Positions 60,607-64,000 of a DNA stretch of 64,000 nt are shown in pieces. The stretch lies in the NCBI GenBank assembly GCA_050633605.1, contig JBOEGV010000016.1, forward strand, positions 2,211-66,210, written 5' to 3'. This DNA comes from Neptuniibacter sp. Lineage in GTDB: Bacteria; Pseudomonadota; Gammaproteobacteria; Pseudomonadales; Balneatricaceae. Numbering within the stretch: position 1 is the first letter of the stretch; each line of letters opens with the position of its first letter. Both the position numbers and the translations under genes were made by a program. The notes below the pieces were generated by a model, which was not told the DNA's origin, ran no database searches, and saw nothing but the letters and a program-made list of their open reading frames with translations.

Positions 60607-61260
60607 ATGCCCGTTGCAGATCCTATCACTATCACGTTTAACGGGTTGGCCATTGAGCCTAATATGACCACCCAGTTTATAACCAACATTAATGAAGGCT
60701 GGAACCGCCTGGAGACCTTTGTTGGTGAGTTGAATACCAAAGGCCAAGAGATTGGTCAGGCTGTAGCAGATGCGCAGCAGGCAGCACAGGATGCTCAAGC
60801 TGCATCCGGTTTTAATCCGACCAACTATTACGATAAAGCCGCACTGGATGCAGGTGCCTTAGATGGCCTGTATTACTCAGAAGCCGAAATGGATGCCTTG
60901 ATAGCAGGTATTAATAACTCTCTGACTTTGAAAGCCAGCAAAACTAACCCCTCTTTCACGGGGTCTGTAACAGAGCAAGTACATACCCTTACAGGAACAA
61001 CCCCTGATATTGATCCTGCTAATGGCACTATTCAGAACTGGACCTTAACCGCCGTAAGCACACCGACGCACTCAATTACTGCTGGTCAATATGTGACGTT
61101 ATCAGTTACGCCAAGTACTTATACATTCAATCTCGCTGGTGTGAGTTGGCATACCGATGATGGGTTCGCCCCAGCCTTAAATGCTACAGGAAAAACAGTG
61201 TTCTACTTGTTTGATATGGGTGATGGCCTTGAAGGCTTCAAGGTGGGGCCAGACCTATGA
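60607..61260 (+). CDS. Tail fibre-like protein
   Basis: KA...NPSFTG, IDPANGTIQ.WTLT, W.....P.L. Confidence 0.6.
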   Translation: MPVADPITITFNGLAIEPNMTTQFITNINEGWNRLETFVGELNTKGQEIGQAVADAQQAAQDAQAASGFNPTNYYDKAALDAGALDGLYYSEAEMDALIAGINNSLTLKASKTNPSFTGSVTEQVHTLTGTTPDIDPANGTIQNWTLTAVSTPTHSITAGQYVTLSVTPSTYTFNLAGVSWHTDDGFAPALNATGKTVFYLFDMGDGLEGFKVGPDL

Positions 61261-61916
61261 TGAATCGTTTGTTATTGGCAGCTGCCTTCCAAAAAATCTT
61301 AGCTGATATTGAGATAGTGGAGTCTGGATCAGGTGAGCTAGGTGACACGCCTCTCACCTTCGCCAATACATTACAGGAAAAAGACTTCGTTTTACTCCAC
61401 TACATAGATGTAAGACCAAACAGCATTACACATCCAGCCGGTTACGCAATCAATCCCATTGCAACACTGGATAATGAAGACATTGCCTACTATGCCTACA
61501 AGGTTATGGGGGCCACTCCTGATACAAGCTTTAATATGTCTGCTTCTGAGGGTGCTGATGGGCTTGCTTTTACTTATTACGTTTTAAGAAATGTAAACAC
61601 TGATTTACCCTTTGCTGTGATCTCTACAGAATCCACAACAGACGTTCCAGCATCAATTTCACCCACAACTAAAAGTCTGGTTATCACTAGTTTTTTTGCT
61701 AGTGGCGGTGCTAATAGTTCGGTTTCTAATGCCCCGATAGGGTTTTCTGGCCTTGAATGGTTTAACGCATCGGCCGGGAATGATGCTCTTGTAGCATCAG
61801 CTTATAAAGCTTTAGCCAATGGGGCAACAGAAGATCCTGGAACCTTTACTCGCTCCCGCACCCACAATGACTACCAATGTATAACTCACGCCATACAGCC
61901 GAAAGAAGGAGTATAA
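61257..61916 (+). CDS. Putative receptor-binding/tail-associated protein
   Basis: Ser/Thr-rich beta protein, YKVMG.TPD, DPGTF; ATGA coupling. Confidence 0.55.
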   Translation: MMNRLLLAAAFQKILADIEIVESGSGELGDTPLTFANTLQEKDFVLLHYIDVRPNSITHPAGYAINPIATLDNEDIAYYAYKVMGATPDTSFNMSASEGADGLAFTYYVLRNVNTDLPFAVISTESTTDVPASISPTTKSLVITSFFASGGANSSVSNAPIGFSGLEWFNASAGNDALVASAYKALANGATEDPGTFTRSRTHNDYQCITHAIQPKEGV

Positions 61917-61917
61917 A

Positions 61918-62460
61918 ATGTTAGTTAAAGCACCTAATAATATTGTAGACGTTTACCCCTACTCACTAAGAATGCTTAAGGCTGACCACCCTAATACACC
62001 ATTCCCGGCTCAACCTTCGGAGGAGCTGTTGGCAGAATTTGATGTATACGTAGTAGAGCAAAGAGCAGAACCCGACGGTGACGTTGTTAGAGATGCGAAT
62101 CCAGTACTTGTTAATGGTAAGTTCCAGCAAGCTTTTGAAATTCGAAATTTTACCACTGAAGAACTGAAAGCAAATACACAGGCAGAAGTAGTTAGGCTAG
62201 CAAAGCTGATCAATCGTGAGTGTGAACGCCGTATCTATGGTGTTGTAAGTGATAATGCACAAAAGAACATTATGGCTCACAGAGTTGAAGGGTTGCTCAC
62301 TGAAGCCCAGGTACAGACATGGCGTGATGGATTGATCTGGATAAGAGCTATGCAAGATACTGCGCGAATACTAATAGAGTCAGGTGAAGAAAACTATGTA
62401 ATTGATACACACTGGCCATCTCATACACCCGAAATTAAAGCTTTAGCGGATCTTTTCTAG
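61918..62460 (+). CDS. Tail fibre assembly-like protein
   Basis: YPYS...L..DHPNT.FP, I..ECERRI, D.HWP. Confidence 0.55.
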   Translation: MLVKAPNNIVDVYPYSLRMLKADHPNTPFPAQPSEELLAEFDVYVVEQRAEPDGDVVRDANPVLVNGKFQQAFEIRNFTTEELKANTQAEVVRLAKLINRECERRIYGVVSDNAQKNIMAHRVEGLLTEAQVQTWRDGLIWIRAMQDTARILIESGEENYVIDTHWPSHTPEIKALADLF

Positions 62461-62915
62461 TGCCTAAGCCGTGGCTTTATCAACTGGACCATGACTACAC
62501 ATACCGCCATCCAGCATTAGAGGGCATAGAATACCGCAATGACTGGTGCGTTATTGAGAATGGATCTCTAACGATCTATGCAGGCTATGCGCATGATGGG
62601 TGCAGTCCTAAATTCGACATTTGCGGCTTATTTGTCATTGGCGTACCTGATGGACGGCTTCATCTAGGTAAACCCATCACCTATTACGCTAGCCTGGTAC
62701 ATGATGTGTTCTGTCAGTGGAGGCATGAAATACCTATCACTAAGCCTGAAACTGTTCAGATCTTTAGGGAGATGCTACTTGAAGTAAAGTTCGGGCCTGC
62801 CAAGAAATATGCAGATACTGTTGATCGTTGGGGGCCACAAGATTTTTATAGAAACAAAGAGAGAGAAAGCGACTCGGAAGAAGTACCAGTTCAACCGAGC
62901 CGCCAGAACACGTAA
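62460..62915 (+). CDS. DUF1353-like protein
   Basis: GYA.DGCSP and ASLVHD motifs. Confidence 0.55.
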   Translation: MPKPWLYQLDHDYTYRHPALEGIEYRNDWCVIENGSLTIYAGYAHDGCSPKFDICGLFVIGVPDGRLHLGKPITYYASLVHDVFCQWRHEIPITKPETVQIFREMLLEVKFGPAKKYADTVDRWGPQDFYRNKERESDSEEVPVQPSRQNT

Positions 62916-62996
62916 GCAAACTACGTGAACCAGCCCAGGGCTTTCCCACCATGTCGACATGGCGCGGAAAGCCTATCAGAAAATGGATAGGTTCAC

Positions 62997-63167
62997 ATGC
63001 AAAACGTTAGATGTAGTCAGTGCCGAAAGCTGCTGGCTAAAGCAATTTACCAACAACTACAAATTAAGTGTCCACGTTGTGGGCGCATAAACGAGAGGAC
63101 CACGAGTCCCAGAGATAAGGAGATAAGATCTCATGGCGAAACCTCTCGTGCCGTGGATCGGCGGTAA
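62997..63167 (+). CDS. com: Com family zinc-finger regulator (56 aa, absent from ORF track)
   Basis: MQNVRCSQCRKLLAKA...QIKCPRCGRIN; overlaps the methylase start as com does mom in Mu. Confidence 0.88.
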   Translation: MQNVRCSQCRKLLAKAIYQQLQIKCPRCGRINERTTSPRDKEIRSHGETSRAVDRR

Positions 63168-63933
63168 ACGGAAACTGGCTGATCACATATTGCCGTTGTT
63201 CCCTGAACATATCTGTTATGCAGAACCGTTCAGCGGAGCAGCCGCTCTTTTCTTTCTAAAGGAACCATCACAAGTTGAAGTGCTTAATGACGTTAATAGT
63301 GACTTAGTTAACCTATATCGTGTGGTAAAGAATCATCTGGAGGAACTCTACAAGCAGTTTAAATGGGTTTTAAGCAGTCGACAGAACTGGGAGTGGATGC
63401 AGAGCACACCACCTGAAACGCTTACAGATATACAACGTGCAGCACGTTTCCTTTATCTCCAAAAACTTGCATTTGGCGGTAAGGTAGAAGGGCAGAGTTT
63501 TGGTACTAGCGCTACCAGCAGGCCTAGGTTCAATATATTCACCCTAGAGCAAGATTTAGCCGATGCTCATTATCGATTATCTAACGCGACCATTGAGCAC
63601 TTGGATTGGAAAAAGGTAATAGAGAAGTATGATCGCCCTGACACCCTTTTCTACTGTGATCCACCTTACTGGCAAACAGAAGGTTACGGAGTCCCGTTTG
63701 GCTTCGAAGAGTATGAGGAAATGGCTAGGCTTGCGGAGTCAATCCAGGGGCATATGATCATTAGTATTAACGACCATCCAGACATCAGAGAAGCGTTCAA
63801 ATCCCTCCAGGTAATCGAGGTAGATTATCAATATATAGTGGGTGGAAGTACTAATGCTTCAGATTGCGTGGAATTAATTTATGGGAATTGGAAAGAGAAG
63901 CCTATACCAAAGGGGCAGCAAGGGTTATTTTAG
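63133..63933 (+). CDS. DNA adenine methyltransferase (D12/Dam-like class)
   Basis: PWIGGK, EPFSG, EVLND, DPPY. Confidence 0.93.
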   Translation: MAKPLVPWIGGKRKLADHILPLFPEHICYAEPFSGAAALFFLKEPSQVEVLNDVNSDLVNLYRVVKNHLEELYKQFKWVLSSRQNWEWMQSTPPETLTDIQRAARFLYLQKLAFGGKVEGQSFGTSATSRPRFNIFTLEQDLADAHYRLSNATIEHLDWKKVIEKYDRPDTLFYCDPPYWQTEGYGVPFGFEEYEEMARLAESIQGHMIISINDHPDIREAFKSLQVIEVDYQYIVGGSTNASDCVELIYGNWKEKPIPKGQQGLF

Positions 63934-63956
63934 AGGAAATCACATCAGTTAGAGTG

Positions 63957-64000
63957 TGCCAAAAAACGCGCAAATCGATGCCAAAAAACGCGCAGCGCTA
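63957..64000 (+). repeat. Prophage right end (attR) transposase-binding repeats
   Basis: TGCCAAAAAACGCGCA at 63957-63972 and 63979-63994 (22-bp period). Confidence 0.85.

Larger units (their letters stand above)
26796..64000 (+). mobile_element. Mu-like transposable prophage (~37.2 kb, non-contractile tail), right end probably 2 nt past the window
   Basis: MuA/MuB, Ner, GemA, Mor, gp27-30, I, T, Com in Mu order; terminal transposase-binding repeats at both ends. Confidence 0.93.

Noticed and set aside
60601-62915. Invertible tail-fibre segment or diversity-generating retroelement
   Set aside because: No invertase, reverse transcriptase, flanking inverted repeats or TR/VR pair seen
63957-63994. 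Start of a CRISPR array
   Set aside because: 16-bp unit with a 6-bp spacer, no cas genes; fits transposase-binding sites

Overview
The window has two parts. (1) 1-~26,795 is the chromosome of what looks like a marine gammaproteobacterium (inferred from gene content only). It carries two chemoreceptors, a PAS-GGDEF-EAL protein, an alanine/glycine symporter divergent from alanine racemase, folE, a full RpoE-ChrR photo-oxidative-stress cluster (photolyase, YbgA, FAD oxidoreductase, DUF1365, CFA synthase-like, SDR and others, with four TGATCY/TAATCT-N16-CGTA promoters), a hipBA-type TA pair and a 5'-truncated DMT transporter that abuts a tRNA 3'-end remnant. (2) ~26,796 to the window end is an apparently near-complete ~37.2 kb Mu-like transposable prophage with a non-contractile tail. 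It runs from repressor/Ner, MuA/MuB and GemA/Mor through lysis, head and tail genes to Com plus a DNA adenine methylase. The most notable signal is a dense RNA-level control layer in the prophage: an intact pseudoknotted type II hammerhead ribozyme in the early operon, a near-canonical phage CsrA with candidate GGA target sites, a structured non-coding segment replacing an immunity gene after a MuF-nuclease fusion, a switch-like com leader, a -1 tail-chaperone frameshift, and two identical late-promoter dyads that also supply the stop codons of two unrelated cargo genes. All family assignments come from motif recognition by eye; no database searches or folding calculations were run.
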